Source of the DNA: Octopus bimaculoides | Taxonomy: Eukaryota | Length of the DNA stretch: 37,293 nucleotides | Reading direction: 5' to 3' | NCBI RefSeq assembly: GCF_001194135.2 | Contig: NC_068986.1 | Span: 49,545,863-49,583,155 of the forward strand | Shown: positions 10,900 through 21,110 of the stretch, in pieces | Layout of the letters: every line of letters begins with the position of its first letter | Position numbering within the stretch: position 1 is the stretch's first letter | Position numbers and translations under genes: made by a program | Notes under the pieces: model-generated | The model's database searches: none | Seen by the model: only the letters and a program-made list of their open reading frames with translations | What the model was told of the DNA's origin: nothing

Positions 10900-11205
10900 T
10901 AACTTGCTGTAAGACTAATTTAGAGATCCACCGATGGAACAGCGCAGTGACATGCTGTTTGTGCACTATATTTAATTTCAAATTAAAGATATATCGAAAT
11001 GTTTGCGTTAGTTTGAGTTCATTGTTGACAATACTAGTTACAGCAGTATCAACAGAAAGATCTCTTAGCAAACACAGATATATCATAAACTTTTATAAGG
11101 GCTAACATGTCTGAAACATGGTTTGTTGGTTTAGCAAGATTAGATATTGAATCAAGCATTACTAGAGAAATTGATTTTGATAGAAATTTTGAGGATGAAA
11201 TATAA
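10900..11205 (+). pseudogene. hAT transposase C-terminal dimerisation domain remnant
   Basis: KIYRNVCVSLSSLLTILVTAVSTERSLSKHRYIINFY, then frameshift ANMSETWFVGLARLDIESSITREIDFD. Matches the hATC pattern YPN....L.ILLTIPVT.AS.ERSFSKL..IK..LR..M...RL.GLA.L.IE. Confidence 0.75.
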
Positions 11206-11509
11206 AAAAGTTCATTACATTTCATACGCTGATTTGACTTTATGTAACATATATTGATATCTGGTCATTCAAGTACACAGGGAGTAATGTATTCATGAAA
11301 GTTTACTAGTGTCCATATTCATATAACCAGAGATTAACCTTCATGTTCAATTATATTTTCCTTAATCATACACCAGAAGCCGACTAATTTGTTCATAATT
11401 TATCATAACCATATTTTTTTCTACAAAGAAGGAAATGTCATAGATGTTTTACTAAATCTCGGGACGGTCATTATATCAATAATAAACATATACACTGGCT
11501 GTATTTCAT

Positions 11510-11585
11510 TTCTTCTTCTTCTTCTTCTTCTTCTTCTTCTTCTTCTTCTTCTTCTTCTTTTTCTTCTTCTTCATTATTATTATTA

Positions 11586-11638
<53 letters not shown>

Positions 11639-11654
11639 GTTATTATTATTATTA

Positions 11655-11710
<56 letters not shown>
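11510..11710. repeat. (CTT)n followed by (ATT)n
   Basis: Direct reading; on the minus strand the (TAA)n run follows the LINE 3' end. Confidence 0.97.
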
Positions 11711-11713
<3 letters not shown>

Positions 11714-13406
11714 TAGTTTTATTTTTATAACGTGATTTCNNNNNNNNNNNNNNNNNNNNNNNNNNNNNNNNNNNNNNNNNNNNNNNNNNNNNNNNNNNNN
11801 NNNNNNNNNNATATATATTTGTAAGTTCTGGTGTTTTTGTTATGTATCTGTCTGAATATTTTTTATTATACCTAAGGCACCTACTATGATAGGAATTGTT
11901 TCTGTTTTTAGATTCCACATTCGAGTTACCTCTATTTCCAGGTCTTTGTATTTTGAAAGTTTCTCCATTTCTTTTAGGGAAACGTTGTCATCTGCTGGTA
12001 TTGATACATCAATTAGAAAGCAATTTTTCCTTCATGATCTTTGACAACTATATCTGGCCTATTGGCCTTAATTTCTCTATCTGTGTGTATTGGCATATCC
12101 CAGAGTATGGTTGCTTTCTCGTTTTCTGTGACCTTTTCTGGTGTGTGCCTATACCATCATTTTTCTGTTGTTATTCCATAGTGTTAGCAAAGCTTCCAGT
12201 GTATATAGGTCCCAACTCTGTCGTGTCTGTGAATATATTCCTTCTTAGCCAGGACTGGGCAACCAGAGATATGATTTATTGTTTCGTGTCCATCGTCATA
12301 TATTCTGCAGTTTCTTGTTATGTTTCTTTTCATTATATGTTTTTGGTAATTTCTGGTGGGGAGGCTTTGGTCTTGTGTAACAATTAAAAATCCTTCAGTC
12401 TCTGCTTTGAGTCCTGAACTTCTCAACCATTGCTGGGATTTTTCTCTGTCTATTTCTTTTGCATTTAGTTTAGCCCAGTATTTACCATGTAGGGGCTTTT
12501 CTTGCCATCGTTTTATCATGGTCCGTTGCTGTTCTAGTTTTAGTTTGGATTTCATTTGTTTTATAGTTTTTGTTGCTTCTTCTTCTTCTTCTTCTTCTTC
12601 TTCTTCTTCTTCTNNNNNNNNNNNNNNNNNNNNNNNNNNNNNNNNNNNNNNNNNNNNNNNNNNNNNNNNNNNNNNNNNNNNNNNNNNNNNNNNNNNNNNN
12701 NNNNNNNNNNNNNNNNNNNNNNNNNNNNNNNNNNNNNNNNNNNNNNNNNNNNNNNNNNNNNNNNNNNNNNNNNNNNNNNNNNNNNNNNNNNNNNNNNNNN
12801 NNNNNNNNNNNNNNNNNNNNNNNNNNNNNNNNNNNNNNNNNNNNNNNNNNNNNNNNNNNNNNNNNNNNNNNNNNNNNNNNNNNNNNNNNNNNNNNNNNNN
12901 NNNNNNNNNNNNNNNNNNNNNNNNNNNNNNNNNNNNNNNNNNNNNNNNNNNNNNNNNNNNNNNNNNNNNNNNNNNNNNNNNNNNNNNNNNNNNNNNNNNN
13001 NNNNNNNNNNNNNNNNNNNNNNNNNNNNNNNNNNNNNNNNNNNNNNNNNNNNNNNNNNNNNNNNNNNNNNNNNNNNNNNNTTGAGCTCTGTTTTTAGTAT
13101 TGATCTTACTCGTCTATAGTACTCTTTCTTTATTTTTTCTTTCATTTGTGTGTGTTGTATCCTATCTAGTTCATTGATTCCTAAATATTTGTATGGCTGG
13201 CTTTCGTCTAATTCTTTTATTTCATTGGCTTTATCTAGTGTGATGTTGCTACTCTTAACTAATTTTCCTCTTTTCAGGGTTGCTTTGGCACATTTTTCTA
13301 ATCTGAATTTCATATCTATTTCCTTGGTAAATCCATGTACTGTCTGTAGTAGTGTTTCCAGCTCTTTATCATTTCTAGCGTATAATTTTAGGTCATCCAT
13401 ATATAG
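11711..13406 (-). mobile_element. 5'-truncated Dong/R4-like LINE (family b): RT YMDD, thumb, CCHC, RHD, RLE and 3' end
   Basis: LYMDDLKLYA..EKCAKATLKRGK..YKYLGI; WQEKPLHGKY..KAETEG..QDQSLPTRNY..CRIYDDGHETINHISGCP..HRHDRV..RPDIVVKD. Ends ..AAAACTACTG followed by (AAT)n. Contains frameshifts and two gaps. Confidence 0.93.
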
Positions 13407-13435
13407 TTTGCAACCATAAAATTCTTCTTTCAAAT

Positions 13436-13495
13436 AAAGTACTTGATTGGTACTTTATTTTATCGACCTCCAAAGGATGTGAAGCAAATTCTTCT
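13436..13495 (-). mobile_element. SINE family B core fragment
   Basis: TGGTACTTTATTTTATCGACCTCCAAAGGATG is the reverse complement of the family B core. Confidence 0.45.
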
Positions 13496-13835
13496 TTCTA
13501 AGTCATAGTGTTGAATAAGCTTGAAACGCTTAAAAATCATCTTTATTTTTGTTTAAACATGGCAATTTGTCGCCATATTTTCGATCATTACAGGCCCTCT
13601 TCTTTTGAAAAACATTGCATTAAATCTACCATGAATTACACCCGTCTTTCTTGGGGACCTACTCTACCCACTACACACGACAATAAATCACAAAGTACAC
13701 CACAAAGTACTTGCATTTCATCACAGATTACACTATGCAACATGATATTTGTCCTTGGGTAGCAATTGTTATTTCTTATTTGCTTACGTCCCTAGAAAGT
13801 ATGGAAAATGGCTAATATTTCCTTCAAACTTTGTA

Positions 13836-14015
13836 ACATTCATTCGAACCCCTTAGAATCTCACTCAACACATGGCTATGATGCTCCTCCACTACTTCTG
13901 CTCATGATCAAAGATGCACATATTGCCAGCCACTAAGAAACATGCTTAAGAGGTTAGGGTCAAGCAACTGACAAGCAAATCTGTGATATTGAGCAGAATA
14001 TTTGCTATAACAATA
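13836..14015 (-). mobile_element. Internal fragment of unclassified repeat family E
   Basis: CTCAACACATGGCTATGATGCTCC..ACTGACAAGCAAATCTGTG is clearly homologous to 36185-36350. Strand follows the assumed orientation of the 35903 copy. Confidence 0.75.
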
Positions 14016-14689
14016 TTTCTGCTTCAGTAACTCACTACTGAACCTGTCTGAAATGTAATGGAAAATAGGTCAATTTCAAAACATTGATGTCCAGGTCACA
14101 AAAGCAAAGTTTGAAGGGAATAGTAGTCATTTCCTTTGATTTCTAGACAGAAGCAAGAAGGAAATAACACTTACTGACCAAAGACCAAAAAATAAATAAA
14201 TAAATAAATAATAATAATAATGAAATTTTGCAACACAGTGTTATAGGCGCAGATCACAGCCAAAGACCAGTTTACACCACTAACTTCTTCATAGCCATCA
14301 TTAATACCTACAATAGCATAACTACAACGACAATTACTATAATAAGAACTTTTTTACGCTACAGCCATCAACATCACTATAATCATCACCATTACGACTC
14401 TAACCTACATATTTGACCACCGCCAATATCACAATAGCCACAACCACCATCATCTTTTCTGTCATTAACGCCATAATCAATTACAACCTCCACCGTCGCC
14501 GGCACATCCAGTGACATCGCCCTGAGTACCACAACCACCACCACCACCACTAAAACTTGCACCAACACCAACTTGGCTCCCCTTTCTACCAAATTATAAG
14601 ACAATATTATATTTTTACAACTGACAGTCGGAGTCGGGTTATGGCAATGAAATTTGGCGGTTTTATTTCAATGAGAGTCGTCTGCTATT

Positions 14690-15066
14690 TTACTTTTGAC
14701 AAAACTGGGAGAAATAGAGAGAGAGCAGAATATAGGGAACGAGAGAGAGGGAGAGAAAGTATGAGATAGAGAGGGGAAGAGAGAGAGAGAGAGAAATCGA
14801 AATAACAATAATAGCCATATAACAGCATTAGTAAAGTATTTTTTAATAAAATAGCAAGGAAAGTTACAGCAGTAGTTGCAACAACGACAACAGCTACAAT
14901 AATAATAATAATAATAATAACAGCAACAACTACGACGGGTAAGGACAAAAGCACAACGAACAACAACAATGGTAATAGAGGAACACAGAAGAAGGGCGGA
15001 AGAGATAGAAAGGGATAAAGACGGAAAGAAGGAAGGAAAGAAGAAGAAGAAGAAGAAGAAGAAGAA

Positions 15067-15113
<47 letters not shown>

Positions 15114-15310
15114 AGAAGAAGAAGAAGAAGAAGAATGAGGAAGAGGAAGAGGAGGAGGAGGAGGAGGAGGAGAAGAAGAAGAAGAAGAAGAAGAAGAAGA
15201 AGAAGAAGAAGAAGAAGAAGAAGAGTGAGGTGGATAGAATCAGGAAGGTCAAGAAAGAGTGGAGGCGGATAATTAAAAGAAAAACTAAGATGGAAAGAGA
15301 AAAGTGATCA
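14690..15310. repeat. Purine-rich compound repeats (GA)n, (AAT/AAC)n, (GAA)n and (GAG)n
   Basis: Direct reading. Confidence 0.92.
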
Positions 15311-15444
15311 CGTGGTAGTTGTGTCACTGACGTCATCGTTGTTGTTACTGTTATTGTTTTGTTCCAGGCGACGAATAGGAGGTGTAGTTACAGTGACGGA
15401 TGAAAACCCTTGCGGTATTCATTCTGTTTCTCCGAGTTCAAGTC

Positions 15445-16835
15445 GTGTAACCGCTAATAGGCACAAAACCAGTGTACTTCCAACGCGAGGAGTTCGATGT
15501 AATTTCAACACCGAACTCCTCGCTGTCAATACACTCGAATTGGAACCTAGAGAAAAATTGGAAGTCTTCTGTTACATATCCCAGTACCCCAATAATTACA
15601 GGTATAAACCTGAGCTTGTAATCTGGATAGAGTAACTGCAGATTTTTCAATAGTCCAGTGTAAGTGTTCTCTTTTTCATTGATCTTCAGCTTTACGTTAA
15701 CATCTGCTGGGCAGCTGATTTCCACAACTGTACAATTTCTCTTCTCTATCTCAAATCATTATATCAGGCCCAGTGGCGGCTCGTGTACAGGCACTGCAGA
15801 ACTGCAATACCCCCTATTTCCACTCGACATTATCGATAACATCCAATATAATGAGTCCTTTTTCTTTAATTCTTTCGTTAGGCTTGTACAATATATAATC
15901 GTTAAGCTTAGTGCCAGTAGCCATTCCCTAGGTTACGAAAAAAATACAAAAATCCTTGTATAGAACTGTGCACTTCCCAGTTCCAGCGACCCGGTATTTG
16001 ACTGTTGTGCGCATGCTCACATGTCCGAGGCAGTTTCACGCTAGGGAGAGATAGCACTGTTGTTCACGCAGTACCGGCGAAAGGTAGTGTGTCTTTTTGA
16101 CTCCGTGTGCTTAAAAATGTGCTTATATTCTTGAATGTGATAAGGTGTAGAATTAGATTATTATCCTGCTTCCAGCTTCAGTGTTGCTACCAGAATTTGA
16201 AAAATAGGGCTGATTTTTCCCCCCTTATTTTGTGAGTTAGGGGGGAATTTTTGAAAAACAAGGGGGAATTCGTGGTGATGTTCAGTGAACAAATTAAACA
16301 CACAACCCGGCAGTGGCTAAAACGCGAACCGATCAAGTTTATGTATAAATATTCTTTTTATAATAAATCTCTGAACGAGGTATAAAAGGGAAGGATGACT
16401 TCCCTTTGCAAATACCGACAGGGCACAGAAAGTGTGTCAATAGCCAGCTGGAGGAGATGTTCTCCTGGGGCTACAAGCTACAGTAGCATTCGCCCTTAGG
16501 GGTTAGCCGCATTTAAGTGGCAAATATACTATTCTTTTTATGTTTGACCCTTTTACGTAATATTAAAACAACGGCTAAAAATTTTCTGAAGCAGCGCCCT
16601 AACTAATTTTATATAGGAGCCGTCATTGATCAGGTATTTCGTGTTTAGAAGCATTCAGTTCATAAGTCCAAGAAAAATTATCTTTGTCGTTACGGTTTCT
16701 TCTATAACCACAGTTAGAAGGAATCTGTTTACCTGTTGAGCTGTTATTTTCATTCTGTTGCTTGATTGTTTTGTTGATGATGTTGTGTCCAGTCATGTTG
16801 TTTGTAGTAACTCTCTGCGTGGGGAATTCCATTTT
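15445..16835 (-). mobile_element. RLE-type LINE (R4/Dong-like, family a relative) 3' fragment split by a hAT insertion
   Basis: ..SKHEIPD [insertion] PDIMI*DR..EISCPADVNVKLKINEKENTYTGLLKNLQLLYPDY; 3' UTR hairpin; 5' end abuts (TACA)n. Confidence 0.85.
15771..16628. mobile_element. Non-autonomous hAT element (858 bp) with TIRs and 8-bp TSD
   Basis: TIRs CAGTGGCGGCTCGTGT / ATAGGAGCCGTCATTG (12/16); flanks ATCAGGCC (15763-15770) and ATCAGGTA (16629-16636), 6/8 identical. Confidence 0.82.
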
Positions 16836-17257
16836 GTATGTATGTATGTATGTATGTATGTTATTTATGTATGTATGTATGCGTATATGTATAAACGAAT
16901 GTGTATGTATATATACATACATACATACATACATATATATATATATAATATATATATATGTATGTATGCATGTATGCATGTATATATATACATGTATATA
17001 TATATATATACGCCTCATCTTCGAAACGCCTAGTTTAGAATAGAGGCAGCTGATGAAAGAAAAAATTCCAAAAGTGGCTCGTCTGTTTTCCTATGTGTTC
17101 ATTCTGTTGTCTGTAAAAAAGTCCGTTTTTTGTGCTTTATGTTCCCGTTCCTTTTCTGACGTCCTGTACCCGGATATGCAGCTATATATACATGTAGATG
17201 TAGGTATGTACATATATGTATGTATACATGCATATGCTCATATATCATTTGTATTAT

Positions 17258-17347
<90 letters not shown>

Positions 17348-17400
17348 TATGCGTATGCGCGCGCGAGTGTTTGTGTGCATGCGTGTGCGTGTGTGTGAAA
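16836..17400. repeat. (TATG)n/(TA)n/(TG)n fields with a unique spacer at ~17010-17180
   Basis: Direct reading. Confidence 0.9.
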
Positions 17401-18184
17401 ATAGTTGATAAAACAAAAGAATAGTAATATATCCAATTCATATATTCCCCCGATAACTTGTCATACAGATATTTCATTTATTTTATTTTATTTTATTGTA
17501 TTGTATTGTGGCTGAAAGGCTGAAAAGATAGGTTGAAAACATCTTCGTATTAACAGTTTCCAAATTAGTAAATATTAATTAAAAACAAATAGATATTAAA
17601 CAAAGCCATTTAAGCCTTCAGAATAACAGATAAACAACAGACGTTCATTTTTACCGTAATTGCTGTTTTACTATAATAAACAAATTTTGCACGGAATTGA
17701 TTTATCGACAACATCGAGAACAGATCGTTTTTAATATTAATTAGTGTACTACTTAAATTGCATTTTAATTAATATATATTTTTTTAATTAGTATCATTTT
17801 CGTCTATTATTAATAATTCACGTATTGGTAATAAATACGAGTTAGTCCCCTTGCATAGAAATACCATGTATGTACTTTATATTTTATTTTTAATATATAA
17901 GTCAATGATGCCGATGTATTAGCCGTAAACAACTTTCGATTAACCATTAGAACTTATTTAGATTCTTAATTATAATTTCAATGTCCTTATCATCAGTTAA
18001 ACCATGTGACATATACAGTAAATCTGTTTTTTTATCCAATCCCGACTCGTTCTATAAAACTTGCTTTTTCTTCCCTTGGTTGTACTTTCGTAACGTGTTT
18101 TTTACTACAACTTCACAAATTACAGTAATACCTCGCCATATCACGGTTCACCTATTGCAGTTTATTATTTAAGCTTAGATCGAT

Positions 18185-18344
18185 TCCTCTGTGGTGTTGT
18201 TTTGCATTTATAATAAAATAAATATATACAAATGATAAAAATGATTTTTAAAATATACAGTACAGAACTGTTTCTACTTCGCGGATTTTCACTTATCACG
18301 GTGGAGTTTGGAACGTAACACCCGTGACAGTCGAGAGCTTATTG
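18185..18344 (-). mobile_element. Left end of a Tigger/pogo-like MITE (same family as 499-995)
   Basis: Minus strand TA-CAATAAGCTCTCGACTGTCACGGGTGTTACGTTCCAAAC..GAAAATCCGCGAAGTAGAAA aligns with 520-660. Confidence 0.65.
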
Positions 18345-18425
18345 TATTTCTATCATCTTATAGTTTTTACAAGTTATTTCTACCTTACGGCTTCCCAATT
18401 ATTTGGGTAAGTAAGAACCTTATGT

Positions 18426-18760
18426 GAAGGCGCATGGCTCAGTGGTTAGAGCGTCGGGCTTACGATCGTGAGGTTGTGAGCTCGAATCCCGGACCGAGCT
18501 GCGTGTTGTGTTCTTGAGCAAGACACTTTATTTCACGCTGTTCCAGTTCACTCAGCTGTAGAAATGAGTTGCGACGTCACAGGTGCCAAGCTTTATCAGC
18601 CATTGCTTTTCCCTTGGATAACATCGGTGGCGTGGAGAATTGGAGGCCGGTATGCATGGGCGACTGCTGGTCTTCCATAAACAACCTTGCCCGGACTTGT
18701 GCCTGGGAGGGTAACTTTCTAGGTGCAATCCCATGGTCAGTCATGACTGAAGGGGGTCTC
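18426..18760 (+). mobile_element. tRNA-derived SINE family C, full length
   Basis: A box TGGCTCAGTGG, B-box-like GAGCTCGAATCC, CTTGAGCAAGACACTT core, tail CATGACTGAAGGGGGTCTC. Confidence 0.9.
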
Positions 18761-18788
18761 AGCAGGAACCTTATATTAATCATGACCT

Positions 18789-19110
18789 GGTACTTCGTCG
18801 GTTACAACGACGAGTGTTTCAGTCGATCTCAGGAACGGAACAACCTGTTCGTGAAATTAACGTGCCAGCGGCTGAGTACTGCACAAACACCCGTACCCTC
18901 AACATAGTTCTCAGGTAGAATCAGCATGAGAAAGGATACGACAGGGCTGATCCTTTGATTTACAGGTACAACTCATTTTTGTCAGCTGACTGGATAGGAG
19001 CAACGGGAAATAAAGTCCCTTGCTCAAGGACGCAGTGCACCGAGGGGGATCGAACTCATGACTTTACGATTGTGAGCTGAATAACTTAACCACTAAACCA
19101 CGTGCCTTCA
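18789..19110 (-). mobile_element. tRNA-derived SINE family D (C-like head, different tail)
   Basis: Homologous along its length to 22007-22329. Confidence 0.85.
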
Positions 19111-19130
19111 CAGGGACCTTAAAGAGGGTA

Positions 19131-19435
19131 AAGACCCCCTTCGGTCATGAATGACCATGGGATTACACCTAGAAAGTCCGGGCAAGGTTGTTTATGGAAG
19201 ACCAGCAGTCACTCATACATACCAGCCTCCCCTCTCCATACCACTGATGTTATCTGAGGGAAAGGCAACGGCCATTACAGCTTGGCACCAGTGATGTTGC
19301 AACGCATTTCAACAGCCGAGTTTACTGGAGCAACATGAAATAAAGTGTCTTGCTCAAGAACACAACACACAGCCTGGTCCAGGAATCGAACTCACTACCT
19401 CATGACTGTGAGGCCGACGCTTTAACCACTGAGCC
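19131..19435 (-). mobile_element. SINE family C, inverted copy
   Basis: Reverse-complement homologue of 18426-18760 with a 19-bp internal deletion. Confidence 0.87.
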
Positions 19436-20005
19436 TATTTATAGTATTTGCAGGGTATACGACGTACATTTTTTCATTATTTTTTAATGTATCAAAGAAA
19501 TTGCTCTGCGCCTAATATGGCAGTATCACGGATGGGAAACCGTGTACCATAGGCCCAAGAGCGAGTTGAACAGAAGTCAGCTAGGCACAATAATTGTTAC
19601 TAGATATAAAATATTAAAACAAGTCTCTTGCCACAAACTTACAAAAAATTGCTTACAGTACATCGGCAGTTATGTAGGCAGGTCATGTCATCACATTTTA
19701 TCTCCTTCCCCAGCATACATAACACACGGCTGATATGTGTCAACATTATTTTTATGACCGACTTACCTTTAAGAACATTTTAATTATGTAAATGAAAAAT
19801 TTCCAACAAAAATGAAAGAAGTGTTGAACTTTCATTCGCTTCTAGCTATTTGCAATGAGTGGATGACAACAAAATCATAGCGGTAGAGCACACCACTCTG
19901 TTGGCCGATCGCTGTAACACAAAATAATACGAATTTTACATCCTGTATGGCAATTCTCATGGACGAAATCTGAAAGAAGATACTACTCGTATAACGTAAT
20001 TTATA

Positions 20006-21110
20006 CAGGATATTCGGGCTAAAGTTGACAGTTTCCATAACAGGAAAAGAAACCATAATAGTCCATCCAAAATTAAAGTACAATTATACCTCACTTTACG
20101 AGGACCCGCTTTACGAGATCTCGGGTTTACGAGTTTTATTTTTCAAGCACAAGATCCAAATTTTGAATGAAGCGCAAAAGTTTCTTCTGCCATAACAAAT
20201 GTTTCTGCGTGTTACCGAGAAATTTATTGAGAGCGAAACAAAGCTTCTAAGCAAACAACTCTAGACTTGTTTTTTTTTAAACGAAACCTACAAGTCCGTG
20301 TACGAGTGCTTGTGAATCGGTGATCACGTCTACAAGTGATGGTGTGCGAGTGAAAGTGATTCAGAAAAATGATTATAATAATATTTTTTTATTATAAATG
20401 ATCTTGACATTTTTTTTACTTTACATAAAATATTCTTTACATTCTACTGTTGTTTTATCACCATTTATTTACAAGTGTTATAAATTTTATAGGTAAGATA
20501 TTTTTCTGGGAACGAATTAGGTTTTATAACATTGCTACTATGGGAAATTATTGCTCCGCTTTACGAGGTTTCGCTTTACGAGCGGTCTCCAGGAATAAAT
20601 CAACTTGTATGTCGAAGCATTACTGTATTTTAAAATATTACAATAATAAATATCAACAAGATGATGAATGAGAGATAGCAGTTTACTCTAAGTAGTCACT
20701 CTCAACTCTCCCTACAACTCAAGACTGCTTTAGAACCTAGCGCATGCGTTTCTCACTATGTCCCTGGAAAGATCTTCGAACTCCTTATTAATCTTGCTCA
20801 CAAGTTTCGTCTTAATGTTGCAGACAGTGCGTCGGTGTCTTTCTAGCTGCGCCCTACGCACAGTAATCTATGATATTGTAATCGGAGGAATTAGGAGACC
20901 AGATATTTGGGCTGGTGAAGTCGTAGAAATTTTTTGGCAACCACCTCTGATCTGACTTTTCGTGAGGTATGGCAAGGAGACGAATTCTGTTACTAAACAT
21001 ATGGCTTTCCAGCAGCAACTCCCTCTAGCCAGGGTTTGATCACAGTCTCCAGTAATTTAACATCACCGTCGAGATTGAACCCAAGTCTCTGTTCAAAAAT
21101 GTTGGGGTGA
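20006..21110 (-). mobile_element. maT (DD37D) Tc1/mariner transposon: 3' part of a decayed transposase and its TIR
   Basis: PNIFEQRLGFNLDGDVKLLETVIKPWLEGVAAGKPYV**QNSSPCHTSRK..WLPKNFYDFTSPNIWSPNSSDYNIIDY..DLSRDIVRNACARF. About 37 residues separate the second and third catalytic positions after correcting a frameshift. Terminal TA-CAGGATATTCGGGCTAAAG at 20004. Confidence 0.8.
20081..20625 (+). mobile_element. Tigger/pogo MITE (545 bp) in a TA site, retaining the transposase C-terminus
   Basis: TA-CAATTATACCTC..GAAGCATTACTG-TA; five TTTACGAG subterminal repeats; in-frame QDPNFE*SAKVSSAITNVSACYREIY*ERNKASKQTTLDLFFFK at ~20150-20281. Confidence 0.85.

Noticed and set aside
18426-18500. tRNA gene (also similar heads at 19040-19110, 22260-22329 and 30500-30568)
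   Set aside because: A/B boxes are present, but there is no closed acceptor stem and each continues into a SINE body.
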